Source: an uncultured Nitrospinota bacterium | GTDB lineage: Bacteria > Tectomicrobia > Entotheonellia > J063 > CAVPRW01 | Length of the DNA: 64,000 nucleotides | Assembly (NCBI GenBank): GCA_963707985.1 | Contig: CAVPRW010000024.1 | Location: 96,001-160,000, forward strand | Direction: 5' to 3' | Part shown: positions 11,005 through 21,996 of the stretch, one piece after another | Layout of the letters: each line of letters begins with the position of its first letter | Position numbering within the stretch: position 1 is the first letter of the stretch | Notes under the pieces: generated by a model | Databases searched by the model: none | What the model saw: only the letters and a program-made list of their open reading frames with translations | Told to the model about the DNA's origin: nothing | Program-made: the position numbers and the translations under genes

Positions 11005-11682
11005 ATGGAGATGGACCAAACCATGATCATCAAGGCCGAACCGTATCCGTTCGAATGTGTTCCGGCGCGGTGCGCGTTGTTGATCATCGACATGCAGCGC
11101 GATTTCTTAGAACCCGGCGGGTTCGGAGAAATGCTTGGCAATGACGTCTCACAATTGCGCCGAACGATCGAGCCGAATCGTCAGTTATTGGCCGCGTGGC
11201 GTGCCCACGGCTTACAGGTGATCCATACCCGCGAAGGCCATCGCCCTGATCTCACCGACTTACCACCAGCCAAGAAGGTCCGTGGTCGGAGCACGACCTG
11301 CATTGGCGATCCGGGCCCAATGGGTCGGATCCTGGTGCGCGGCGAACCCGGACACGACATCATTCCAGAACTGTACCCCCTGCCGACCGAGCCAGTCATT
11401 GACAAACCGGGCAAGGGCGCTTTCTTCGCCACTGATCTGCACGCCATTCTCCAAAACCGTGACATCGAGCAACTCATCGTCACCGGGGTGACCACCGAGG
11501 TGTGTGTCAATACCACGGTCCGCGAAGCCAATGACCGAGGCTACGACTGCCTCGTCCTCGGGGATTGTGTGGGATCCTATTTCCCGGAATTTCAGGAGAT
11601 GGGCCTGAACATGATCAAGGCTCAAGGAGGGATTTTCGGCTGGGTGTCGTCTTCGCCAGAAGTCCTTGCTGCCCTTGGATGA
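11005..11682 (+). CDS. trtA: Isochorismatase-like cysteine hydrolase, triuret hydrolase (TrtA)-like
   Basis: IDMQRDFLEPGGFG..LGND, DKPGKG, GVTTEVC, SYFPEF, AQGGIFGW match the recalled TrtA pattern; Asp-Lys-Cys triad present. Confidence 0.72.
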   Translation: MEMDQTMIIKAEPYPFECVPARCALLIIDMQRDFLEPGGFGEMLGNDVSQLRRTIEPNRQLLAAWRAHGLQVIHTREGHRPDLTDLPPAKKVRGRSTTCIGDPGPMGRILVRGEPGHDIIPELYPLPTEPVIDKPGKGAFFATDLHAILQNRDIEQLIVTGVTTEVCVNTTVREANDRGYDCLVLGDCVGSYFPEFQEMGLNMIKAQGGIFGWVSSSPEVLAALG

Positions 11683-11729
11683 AGTCTCCGGCAACATAGC
11701 ATCGCTCAACCGACAACACGAGGCACACC

Positions 11730-13319
11730 ATGACGACTTCGAAACCCCAGTTGTGGACATCGGGAGACTGGAATGCCTTTTTCGGCTTCGGGACCAATAT
11801 CCTCGTCAATTTGCTGACGCTGACCGCGCTGCTGCGTTTCGTCTTGAAGATGCCGGACGACCTCGTCTTCGGACGTATTCTGCCAGCTACTGGCATGATG
11901 TTGTGTCTGAGCACATTTTACTACGCCTGGCTCGCCTACCGTCTGGCCAAGAAAACGGGACGCAGCGATGTCTGTGCGTTGCCTTCCGGCATTAGCGTGC
12001 CACACATGTTTGTCGTGACCTTCGTGATCATGTTGCCGATTGCCGCCAGGACCGGTGATCCCATCAAGGGCTGGGAAGCTGGTTTGACATGGGTGTTCAT
12101 CCAAAGTTGCGTGCTGATGGTAGGCGGCTTTATCGGGCCTATCATTCGCAAGATCACGCCGCGCGCGGCCTTACTCGGCACGCTCGCCGGCGTGTCGATC
12201 TCGTTCATCTCTATGCGACCGGCCTTAGAAATGTTCATGACGCCGGTGATTGGGATCGTCTGCTTTGCCATTATTCTTCTGAGCTGGTTTGGCGGCGTTC
12301 AATATTATCGGGGCATGCCGGCTGGCTTGGTCGCCATCGCCCTTGGCAGCCTCATTGCCTGGGGTTCGAGCGCCCTGGGCTTGAACTACGGTGGTATGAG
12401 TCTTGATAACCTCACACACTCGGTCTCGAACTTCGGTTTCTCGATCCCACTTCCGGCCGTCGGCCATGTGTTTTCTGGTTTTGAGTTTCTTGGCGTGATC
12501 CTGGTCACGGCGATCCCATTCGGGATTTACGATCTGGTTGAAGCATTGGACAACGTTGAGAGCGCCGCAGTGGCGGGCGATAGTTTTCCCACGACGCAAG
12601 TACTCACGGCCGACGGTGTGGTCAGCATGATTGGCTGCTTGATGGGTAACCCGTTCATCAATGCCGTGTACATTGGTCATCCCGGCTGGAAAGCGATGGG
12701 GGGGCGGATCGGCTATTCCGCCGCGACCGGCGTGATGGTGATCCTGTTGGCCTGGTTTGGCATTATTTCCGTGATGGTGGCGCTTATCCCGGTCGTCGCC
12801 ATCTCGCCCATTCTGCTCTATATCGGCATGCTGATCGGCGCTCAAGCCTTCCAAGAAACTCCCAAGAGCCATGCGCCGGCGATTGTCCTCTCGCTCACGC
12901 CACACCTGGCTGCCTGGGGCAAGCTGCAAATCGATAACGCCCTCGCTGCCGCAGGCACCAATGCAGGGGCGATTGGTCTCGATAAGCTGAGCCAGACCGG
13001 CGTCCTGTATCACGGGCTCGAAATCATGGGTGGAGGGTCGATTCTCGGTGGTTTGGTGTTGGCAGCTATCGCTGCATTCATCATAGACCGGCAGTTTTTC
13101 AAGGCGGCCGGCTTCGCATTGGCCGGGGCGGCGCTGACCTTCTTCGGTTTCATGCACGGCGAGAAAATCGGCCTCGGCCAGACACCGGTCGTTGCCGTCA
13201 GTTACTTCGCCGTTAGCCTCATCCTGGTCAGCTGTGCGAAATTCGCCACGGTGACGGCCAGAGCCACGGCTGAGACAGCGGAGCATGCGCCAGTGGGTCT
13301 TCCTGAACCGGCAGCATAA
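11730..13319 (+). CDS. AzgA/NCS2-like membrane permease
   Basis: About 13-14 hydrophobic segments; DNVESAAVAGD and AVYIGHPGWKAMG motifs; lies between the two hydrolases. Confidence 0.8.
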   Translation: MTTSKPQLWTSGDWNAFFGFGTNILVNLLTLTALLRFVLKMPDDLVFGRILPATGMMLCLSTFYYAWLAYRLAKKTGRSDVCALPSGISVPHMFVVTFVIMLPIAARTGDPIKGWEAGLTWVFIQSCVLMVGGFIGPIIRKITPRAALLGTLAGVSISFISMRPALEMFMTPVIGIVCFAIILLSWFGGVQYYRGMPAGLVAIALGSLIAWGSSALGLNYGGMSLDNLTHSVSNFGFSIPLPAVGHVFSGFEFLGVILVTAIPFGIYDLVEALDNVESAAVAGDSFPTTQVLTADGVVSMIGCLMGNPFINAVYIGHPGWKAMGGRIGYSAATGVMVILLAWFGIISVMVALIPVVAISPILLYIGMLIGAQAFQETPKSHAPAIVLSLTPHLAAWGKLQIDNALAAAGTNAGAIGLDKLSQTGVLYHGLEIMGGGSILGGLVLAAIAAFIIDRQFFKAAGFALAGAALTFFGFMHGEKIGLGQTPVVAVSYFAVSLILVSCAKFATVTARATAETAEHAPVGLPEPAA

Positions 13320-13340
13320 CGCCAAGGGGAGGAGAGCACG

Positions 13341-14039
13341 ATGGTTGACACGGTGAAGGCAGAGCCCTATGATTGGCCGTACGATGGGATTATCGTTCCG
13401 TCCAGAACCGCGATGCTGGTCATCGACATGCAGCATGACTTCTGCGGCCAGGGAGGCTATGTCGATCGTATGGGCTACGACATCGCCCTGACCGCCCGGG
13501 CGATCGTGCCGATCAAGGCGGTTCTCGACACGGTCAGGCGTATCCCCGGGTTTACCGTGATCTATACCCGTGAGGGGCACCGTCCAGATCTCACCGACTT
13601 GCCGGCGAACAAGCTCTGGCGTAGCCGGCAGATTGGCGCAGGAATCGGCGATCTGGGTCCCTGCGGTCGCATCCTGGTGCGGAGTGAACCGGGATGGGAG
13701 ATTGTGGCTGAGCTGAAGGCTGCACCCCATGAGATCATCATCGACAAGCCGGGCAAGGGGAGTTTTTACGCTACCGATCTGGACCTCATTCTCAGAACAC
13801 GCGGGATCACCCATCTGGTGCTCACCGGCATTACGACCGATGTCTGCGTCCATACGACGATGCGTGAGGCCAATGATCGCGGCTATGAGTGCTTGCTGCT
13901 CGAGGACTGCACCGGAGCAACGGATGAAGACAACCATCGGGCAGCGATCAACATGGTCCGGATGCAGGGAGGAGTCTTCGGCGCGGTCTCGACATCCCAG
14001 CACTTCATCGCAACTATGCATCGGTTCCTCCCGTCGTAA
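13341..14039 (+). CDS. biuH: Biuret hydrolase
   Basis: [59 protein letters not shown] closely match recalled rhizobial BiuH. Confidence 0.85.
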   Translation: MVDTVKAEPYDWPYDGIIVPSRTAMLVIDMQHDFCGQGGYVDRMGYDIALTARAIVPIKAVLDTVRRIPGFTVIYTREGHRPDLTDLPANKLWRSRQIGAGIGDLGPCGRILVRSEPGWEIVAELKAAPHEIIIDKPGKGSFYATDLDLILRTRGITHLVLTGITTDVCVHTTMREANDRGYECLLLEDCTGATDEDNHRAAINMVRMQGGVFGAVSTSQHFIATMHRFLPS

Positions 14040-14135
14040 TGCGCTGATAGTAGACGAACATGGTGAGTGTGCAGGAGGGAATGCGCAAGTGGGAGCCATG
14101 CCCCGGCCAGGCAACGCCCAATTCGACCGCTCCGC

Positions 14136-15603
14136 ATGTGGGATCCGTTGACCGGCAGCCTCACTCGTGCGACACTCCATGGCTTATACCAGTCGGGGGC
14201 ATTGCGTCCCGAGACGGTCATCGATGCCATCTACAGCCGTATCGCAGCCCGCGGCGACGACCACGTGTGGATTTCTCTCATTTCCCGACAGGAGGCGATG
14301 GCGCATGCCGCTCGGCTATCGGCCGTACGGACCTCGTTCGAGACGCTGCCACCCCTATGGGGCCTGCCGTTCGCCATTAAGGATAATATCGATCTCGCCG
14401 GGGTTCCCACCACTGCTGCCTGTCCTGCCTATGCCTACCTCCCAGATCGTTCGGCGACGGTGAGTTGAACGACTCATCGGTGCTGGAGCCATCCCCATCG
14501 GCAAGACGAATCTCGACCAGTTTGCCACCGGGCTGGTAGGCGTACGGTCGCCATATGGGGTACCCGGCAATCCGTTTAACCCGGCGTATATCCCCGGGGG
14601 ATCGAGCTCAGGGTCGGCTGTGGCCGTCGCCACGGGTCTCGTCAGCTTTGCGCTTGGTACCGATACCGCGGGGTCGGGCCGTATCCCGGCCTCCTTCTGT
14701 AACGTGGTTGGCCTTAAACCAACGCGCGGTCTCATCCCAACCGGAGGGGTCATCCCAGCCTGTCGCTCGCTCGATTGTGTGTCGATCTTCGCTTTAACCG
14801 TCGAAGATGCAGCGGCGGTGTGTGCTGTGGCAACGGGGCCGGACCCACAGGATGCCTATTCACGCCCAATTGCACGCTGTCGATCAACGCTTCCAACCAC
14901 GTCGGACTGCCGTTTCGGCATCCCCAACCGCTTGGAATTTCTGGGCGATACCGAGGCGGCGCACCTCTTCGATCACTCTATCGCTCGGCTGGAAGCTATG
15001 GGCGGCAAGACCGTCGGCATCGATTTCGCCCCCTTCGCCGAGGCAGGGCAGCTGCTCTACGACGGCCCATGGGTGGCGGAGCGACTGGCAGCCCTCGAGA
15101 CCTTCGTCCGCACGTCGGGCGACGCTATGCACCCGATTACTCACCAGATCATCGCTGGCGGCGCGAACTATTCCGCGGTGGATACGTTTCGCGCCTTCGA
15201 TCGACTGCAACACATACGAGCGCAGACCCGGCAGGTGTGGGAGCGCATCGACTGCCTGATGGTGCCGACGGCTCCCTCGGTCTACCGCATCGATGCCGTC
15301 GAAGCCGAACCGCTACGTTTGAACACCTGTCTGGGACTGTACACGAACTTCGTCAATCTGCTCGATCTGGCGGCCATTGCGGTGCCAGGTGGATTTCGGT
15401 CACCGGGGATACCGATGGGCATCACCCTGATCGCCCCGGCATTTCAGGATGATCTACTGGTAGACCTGGCATCGGCGTTTTTGCGGCAGTCGGGTCTTCG
15501 ACTCGGTGCCACCGAAGACACAGAACCTTTCCCCTTGCATTCTCGGGATCGGCGGAGTACAAGGGAGCCATGCGCTGAGGAGGAATCCGGACCGGCGGCC
15601 TGA
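14136..15603 (+). CDS. atzF: Allophanate hydrolase (amidase domain only); +1 frameshift at 14463
   Basis: AIKDNID, GKTNLDQFATGLVGVRSPYG, GGSSSGS, GTDTAGSGRIP, LYDGPWVAER, YTNFVNLLDL. Deleting A14463 restores SATVVERL. Start is approximate. Confidence 0.85.
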
Positions 15604-15683
15604 CGTGCTTGCCATGCCGAACGCGCTCATAGCCGACCGATGAGCGGTAAATGCGTTGACGTACCAAGGGGTTTGGAGCCCAT

Positions 15684-17397
15684 ATGAAACGTTATCGCTA
15701 CGCAGAATGGGATGGGAGACAGGTGTTCGCGGATATCGAGGCCGACGATGTGCTCGATGAGGCGGTGGATGACCTCCTCCAGCACGGCGATCTCACCTGG
15801 GCGCTGCGGCGATTATTCGAACAGGGCATGACCTTGCGGGGCAATCGACGGGTGGAGGGCATCCGCGATCTGATCAAGCGGTTACAGCGCATGAAACAGG
15901 ATGCCATCGGGCAATTCGATGCCCAGTCTCTCTTCGAGGCACTCGAAGCAGCAGATCGAGCACCTGAGCCAGGAACATCTGGCCCAGATGAATCGCATGA
16001 TGCAAGCGCTCAATGACCTCCTCCAGCAGCGCGATCGCGGCCTCAACCCCTCACTCGACGAGTTTCTCCAGCAATTCGGCCAATATTTCCCCAACCTCGA
16101 CCAGGCCGATCTCGACGCCCTCATGCAAGAGCTACAGGCGCAGATGCGCCAGATGCAGGAGCTGCTGGAGTCCATGCCCGATGACATGCGCGAGGCGCTG
16201 GCTCAGCTCCTCCAGCAAAAATTCAGCGATCCACGGCTGCAGCAGCAACTCGCGCAGCTGGCGCAGCAGTGGGAACGCTTCTTTGAGCTGGCGCAGCAAG
16301 GGTTTCATGGCACCGATCCTCTGTCGATCGAGGAAGGTTTACGCATGGCGGACCGCTTCGACCTCATCGATCAGCTCGAACAGTCGTTGCGGCGCCTGCC
16401 GCGCGAGGATCGTTTGGCTGAGATCGACATGGAGCAGGTGCGCGATTTGCTGGGCGATGAAGCCCATGAGCGCCTGGAGCGCCTGAAAGAGCTCATCGGC
16501 TTGTTAGAGAAGGCGGGCTACGTCGATCGCGTCGGGGACCGCTTCGAGTTGACCCCACGAGGCATTCGCAAGCTCGGCGAACGCGCTCTGCGCCACATCT
16601 TCTCTTTCCTCGAACAGGGGCAGTTCGGCCCCCACGAGACCAGCTTCCATGGCCATGGCGATTTCCACCATGCCGATGCCACCAAGCCCTATGAATACGG
16701 CGACCGGTTTCATCCTGACCTTGGTCGCACGTTCCTGAACGCGCTGTCGCGGCAGGGACCCGGGACCCCGGTGCAGGTCAAGCCCGAGGATTTCGAAGTC
16801 TATCGACCGGAGTTTGTCACTCGCGCCGCCACGGTGCTTCTGCTGGATATGAGCCTGTCCATGGAGTATTACGGGCGGTTTCCGGCGGCCAAGAAGGTGA
16901 CGATCGCTCTACATACCCTGATGAAGAGCCAGTTCCCCCGCGATAGCTTACGAGTCATCGGCTTTTACAGCTATGCCGAGGAACTGCACATGGAAGATCT
17001 GCCGTTCCTGGTCATCGATGGCATCACCCCTGGCACCAATCTGCAGCACGGCTTTATGATGGCACGTAAATGGCTGGGACGGCAGAGTGGTCCGAATAAA
17101 CATATCATCGTCATCACCGATGGCCAACCGACCGTGCACTACGAGGGGGGACAGTGGCATTTTCACTATCCCCCCACTCGGGCTACCTTGCGTGAAACGT
17201 TAAAGGAGGTGAAACGTCTCACCGAGGCCGGCATCCAACTCAGTGTGTTCATGTTGGATGACGACCCGACCCTGGTCTCGTTCGTCGATCAGATGACCCG
17301 CATCAACCGTGGCCGGGCCTTCTACGTCACCTCGGAGACTCTGGGGAAATATCTGCTGGTCGACTATTTGCGCAAGAAGCGGGTCCGGGTGTCTTGA
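15684..17397 (+). CDS. vWA-domain protein with N-terminal coiled coil; frameshift at 15945
   Basis: MKRYRYAEWDG start; MIDAS LLDMSLSM, TNLQHG, ITDGQPT. Deleting G15945 fuses the 15684 and 15901 ORFs. Confidence 0.85.
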
Positions 17398-17496
17398 TAC
17401 CGACGTACCCCTGGCTGCCCTCCCCTGTCGACCAAGCAACCTTTGCCAAGGGGTCACACCAACAATCGCAAGAGCATGGAAATTGCCCGCTCCGAT

Positions 17497-17532
17497 CCCC
17501 CCTCTCCCTCTGAGAGAGGGCAGGGCGAGGGT
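17497..17532. repeat. REP-like CCCTCTCCC..GAGAGGGCAGGG.GAGGG element
   Basis: CCCCCTCTCCCTCTGAGAGAGGGCAGGGCGAGGG; a related copy in inverted orientation lies at about 46070-46101 (CTCACCCCTGCCCTCTCCCGCTGGGAGAGG). Confidence 0.55.
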
Positions 17533-17943
17533 ACAATAGAGCCAGTGGGAACACTTGCTGTCGCTCGATTGCCATACGCTGATCTGAACACCGCTATAGG
17601 GTTTGTGAGGCATTTGGCCAGGTGGAATCCTCCAGCTGGCCCATTGATGGCTGGATGACTGGACACGATTTTACATCTGAGGGGCATCTCTTACAGATCG
17701 GTCATGGATCATTCAGCCAGCACACCAGAGCGTCTTGGACCCCGAGGAGGCGGCGCCATGTCGGAATCCCAGGGCCAGCTTTTCCGATCTCCGGTGAGCG
17801 TGGCCACTCGTACGGTCGAAGATACCCTCTCATAACTGCACTTCTGTCGGTTTTTCGGTCACCAATTCGCAGAACTCCCCGGAGATCAGCGTCGAGACAC
17901 CGTTGCACTGCAGTCCTGAGAACCTCCCGTTGATCGAGTAACC

Positions 17944-18435
17944 CTACCGCGTGTCATCCCGATCCACTATTGTCAGTGGCCTCTGTAGGATGACGCCCCC
18001 AAGCGTGGCGGTGATTGTCACAACAAAACTTTCCCCGACGACACTTCCGGCTTCGAACCCCCAGGTCGCGCTGGACTGCTCGGCCGCCACCGTGATGGTC
18101 GGCGGTCCATGGGTCAATCCCGAGGCGGAGCTGGACAGGGTGACCACGATGCCGCCAGCCGGAGCCGGGACGCTCAGCCTCACTGTGCCCTCCGAGGGCG
18201 CATCACCCGTAGCCGTAGCTGGGCTAAGATCCACGGCGGTAAGGGTAACGGGTAGTTGTTCTGCGACCAACCAACACCACATCTCGAAGTCGCCACCGCG
18301 TTGGGAGTTGCCCCTTGAGAGCCGTAGGTTATGGGGCGTTGCAGCAATGGGTGTCCCAAAGACTTCACCGTCCAACATGAGTTGCACGTGGTTGAGATGC
18401 TGCGTCGTGGCCAGGAGTCGGAAAAACTTGACCAC
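17944..18435 (-). pseudogene. C-terminal Ig-like domain fragment, probably from the eCIS locus
   Basis: LTAVDLSPATATG...GTVRLSVPAPAGGIVVTLSSS...ITVAAEQSSAT...VTITATLGG is an Ig-like strand pattern; no proper N-terminus. Confidence 0.5.
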
Positions 18436-18439
18436 CCGC

Positions 18440-18890
18440 GCCGGCCATGCCGTCCAATCACGGTTAGGGTGGCTGTCGGCAGGGTGTAATAGCGACTGGT
18501 TGGCTCGAACATGGTTTTATAATCCAATCGTACCTGGCAGGGTGCGTATATTCCTGACGCTGCTGATAATCCTTTTCGTACCCGGCTGATTTCCTAGATC
18601 CCCCCAACTGCTGATTGTGGCCATCGTCTCTTTGGCTACCTGATGGGCCATAAACAGCGCACCGCCAACACTGAGCAGCCCCCAATCCTGGTAGGTGAGC
18701 ACGCGCAGGTCCAGGCTGACTTTGGCTCGGATAGGATTCAACATTGGGTCGAGGGCTTCTTCGGTGATGGATAATTGGGTCAGGCGGCAGTACCCGCTTG
18801 AGGCCCCAGATCAGCAGAGTAAGCGGCACTTCCGGCGGGATGACTTCGATGAGGCTGAAGCGCGCCAGCACTTCGGTGGCGACCATCAAC
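18440..18890 (-). pseudogene. Remnants of contractile injection system genes (CIS tube-like gene C-terminus and start of a LysM-type gene)
   Basis: IEVIPPEVPLTLLIWGLKRVLP/RLTQLSITEEALDPMLNPIRAKVSLDLRVLTYQD (frameshift near 18790), followed by MFEPTSRYYTLPTATLT starting at 18512. Confidence 0.65.
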
Positions 18891-18901
18891 ACCGATTATG
18901 G

Positions 18902-19120
18902 ATGTCACGACATCCACAACCGATCCCGCTCGTTCCCGAGGAGACGGCACGCGTCGCCCGGACCGCCTTTCCACCTGGCAACGTGTACCTCATGAGGCGC
19001 GATGCGCTGGGCACGTTCGTTCCTGATGACGATGTCGCCGGCCTTTTCCCGACACGCGGACAACCTGCTACAGCCCCGTGGCGGTTGGCGCTGGTGACCC
19101 TCATGCCAGCTAGCGACTAG
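18902..19120 (+). pseudogene. IS1182-like transposase N-terminal fragment
   Basis: MSRHPQPIPLVPEETARVARTAFPPGNVYLMRRDALG...FPTRGQPATAPWRLALVT. Confidence 0.75.
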
Positions 19121-19264
19121 CAAAATTACCCATGACAGGGTCGAGACGCCGGTGGAGGCCATCTTTGATGAGGTCACATCGGAACGGACCCAATGAACGT
19201 TCAGCTGGATTCATGATAGACAGGAGGGATACCTAGTCAGACCAGCCAACCAGGCTTCAACCAC

Positions 19265-19615
19265 CTAGAAGATCCCTCCTGAGTCCCAGGCCTGGCGTAC
19301 GTCGGCATCGGCCTTGACGAAATGGAATCCAGCCTGCCTCGCATAAAAGAGGTCCATGTCGGTATCGCCAAAGTGGTAATATATGTCCGCCTGGAATCGT
19401 GCTTTCACCTCGGGAAGCCTGTGCTTCAAGACCGTGAAGTCGACGATGATGTGGTGCATTTCCCAGATACGCTGTTGATCACTCAGAGGGCGGTCTGAAC
19501 AACTGCCAATGAGGCAGCCCAGGTGTTTGGCCTGTCTGACCATATCCATCGTGATCAGGCCAGGCGGATCCCCGACTTCCAGCGTCCCGTCAATGTCAAA
19601 ACTAATCAACTTCAT
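19265..19615 (-). CDS. Small HAD-superfamily hydrolase
   Basis: MKLISFDIDGTLE (motif I DxDGT) and HFGDTDMD (motif IV). Confidence 0.8.
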   Translation of the reverse strand: MKLISFDIDGTLEVGDPPGLITMDMVRQAKHLGCLIGSCSDRPLSDQQRIWEMHHIIVDFTVLKHRLPEVKARFQADIYYHFGDTDMDLFYARQAGFHFVKADADVRQAWDSGGIF

Positions 19616-20341
19616 CACACCCGACCCTCCGTTGTCTGCGGCGCAGCGCACGTCGTCGCGAAGATTCCATAGCCGGATTATGCCTGTTATCGTATCGTCG
19701 TGCAAGGTTTCCTGCCGACTATTCGTGAGGATACCCACGGCGCGGCTGAAATTCACTCGACTCCTGACCGAACGGTGCAGGCTTGTTCTCTCAGGTCTAT
19801 GCATCGTCGGGCGGCAGACCGTGCTGAGACCATTGGCAGCAGAGGACGGCTATGTGGGCACCCTCCCCTGCCTACACCGCCGTCCCGACAGGCGCCAGCA
19901 AGCCATGCGGTGGCGTGTGACCGGTTAGGGATGACCTGCGCCCTCGTCACCTTTCCCTGGACACGGGGCCAGGTGTGGCATACTGACTCCACATCCAACC
20001 AACTTCTATGAAAGACGCCTGGTGAGGCTCCAAGCGGATGTGCCTTGTGGCAAGCCGTGTGGCCTAAGCTGGGCAGTCAACGCCTGCGGTGGGAGCAGAT
20101 GAGAGCGTTCGTCGATGAGACGGATCGGCGAAACGCGGATGGAGCTGTCTGCGGTGGTCGTCATATAGGACTCGCAGGTCATCACCGGGAATTGCTGTAC
20201 AGAGCATTTTCCCCACTTTCTTTCCCACGGCGTAGGGGTATGGTCAGGGGTGAGTCACCGTGAGGCAGTCCGCATCGGCCTGCAGACGCTCAAAATCTGC
20301 ATCCTGTTGCGCCTCCGACGCCAGAGAACGATTGTAGCGGA

Positions 20342-21214
20342 TTACCCGCTGTAACCAGTATAGAGGGCCTGCTCTTTCTCCCCTAACCGGGCATAGGTCG
20401 CGGCCATGTTGTACAGGGCATCGCTCCCGCGCGGGTCGAGCCGGATGGCTTCGCCCAAGGGTTGGAGCGCCCCATGGAGGTCCCCGATTTTGAGGAGCAG
20501 GGTGCCGAGATTGTAATGGGCGCTAGTGTAGGAGGGGTTCAGCACGATCGCTTGTCTGAAGGCGGCGAGTGCGGGCTCGGGCGTCCCGAGCCCCTCGTAC
20601 GCCAGCCCCAGGTTGAAGAATGCCTGGGGATCGTACGGATTGAGCCGGATGGCCTGTTGCAGAACGGGCAACGCCGCGGCGAACTGCTGTTGGGTCACGT
20701 ATAGATGGCCCAGCCGTCCATACGACGGTTGATGGCGGGGATCCAGGTTGATGGCCTGCCGCAACCCCTGCTCAGCCTCTGGTGCACGGCCCGCCTCGAT
20801 ATCCAGCATGCCAAGGTCGTAGGAGGCACCGGTCAGCCGAGGGTTCAAGCGGATCGCCTCGATCAAGGCCTCCCGGCCCTCCTCGCGATGACCCTGCCTG
20901 ATGAATACCCTCCCCAGCTGGAGATGGGCTGGCGCAAACGCCGGCCTGAGAGCAATGGCTCTCCGCAATAAGACCTCGGCTGCATCGACATGACCAATCT
21001 GCCACGCGAGCAGAGCCGCCTGATAGTGTGTCACGGCATCTTGCGGCCTGAGCGCGGCCGCCTGCTGAACCAAGTCGGCCGCGACGTGCAGCTGGCCAGC
21101 CTGTTGTGCCTGCACGGCGGCGACCATCAGCCGTTCGGCCTCGGATCGTGCACCGCACGCCACGAGAGCCCACAGCATGAGCCACGCTTGCACGGGAGTT
21201 GGGAGGAAGCTCAC
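20342..21214 (-). CDS. TPR-repeat protein (possibly truncated)
   Basis: About 7 TPR repeats (AIRLNP..AFFNLG.AY); the C-terminus ends abruptly in mid-repeat. Confidence 0.75.
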   Translation of the reverse strand: MSFLPTPVQAWLMLWALVACGARSEAERLMVAAVQAQQAGQLHVAADLVQQAAALRPQDAVTHYQAALLAWQIGHVDAAEVLLRRAIALRPAFAPAHLQLGRVFIRQGHREEGREALIEAIRLNPRLTGASYDLGMLDIEAGRAPEAEQGLRQAINLDPRHQPSYGRLGHLYVTQQQFAAALPVLQQAIRLNPYDPQAFFNLGLAYEGLGTPEPALAAFRQAIVLNPSYTSAHYNLGTLLLKIGDLHGALQPLGEAIRLDPRGSDALYNMAATYARLGEKEQALYTGYSG

Positions 21215-21996
21215 CAGATCACCGACGACGTGGCTGACAGGACAGGTCAGCCCCGGATTCCGCGTTCGGGTCCATGAATTCGAGCGGGTGCAGCCAAGGA
21301 TGACTTGCCTGGACGAGTACTACTAGGAAGGCCATCAGCCCCAGGAGCAGGGCCTCTAGTCTCCAGACCTCTCGGGGCGACCTGCACAAAGGCCAGGTAC
21401 ACTCACCTGTCTCGGCACGTTCTATGGACACCCGTTCCCCTTATCCCAGGAGCGGGCTGAGCCTCGTCCGTAGGGCATAGTCCGGCCCACTGCCGACTGT
21501 CCACCTCGTAATCCCTCGTTGCTGTGACAACTCACGGAGCCTAACCGAGAGGGACACGGCAGCTCTAGGTTATGCGAGCCCGGTGACGCGGACGGCCTCA
21601 GCAGCGCCCTCATGAGCCATGTACTATGTACCGACCAGCAGTCATCGCGTGTTGCCTGTGGGCGACGAGGAGAGAAGGTAGGTCCACCATCACCGTCCTC
21701 GCCCAGATGCCGAACGCCTCTCGTGAACAACGGCGATGATAGGCCGAACAGTCTCTCGTGACCAGTAGTTTCTAAAGTCTTCCGAATTATCGCTGTCTGG
21801 AGGCGGGTGATGCGTTCGGGAGGACTCATGACATACCGCCCAGCGTCCATCTGCAATGCTCGACGTCCCCTCTCGTCGCGCGCCTGGCGTCAGACCTTAC
21901 CTTATGGCCCTCCTGGTCGGACTCCGCCTGATCGCTTCCATCCCCTGGATCACGCTTATGCTGCCAGAGCACCTGCTGGCGTTGAAATAACCATTA

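Noticed and set aside
12225..14180. Long minus-strand ORF (651 aa) and similar antisense ORFs (e.g. 32365-33318, 46511-47605, 53351-54322)
   Set aside because: Shadow frames of well-supported genes in high-GC DNA, with no recognisable motifs.
21900..21990. Possible TRAP DctM C-terminal scrap (LMALLVGLRLIASIPWITLMLP)
   Set aside because: Too short to support a call without a search.
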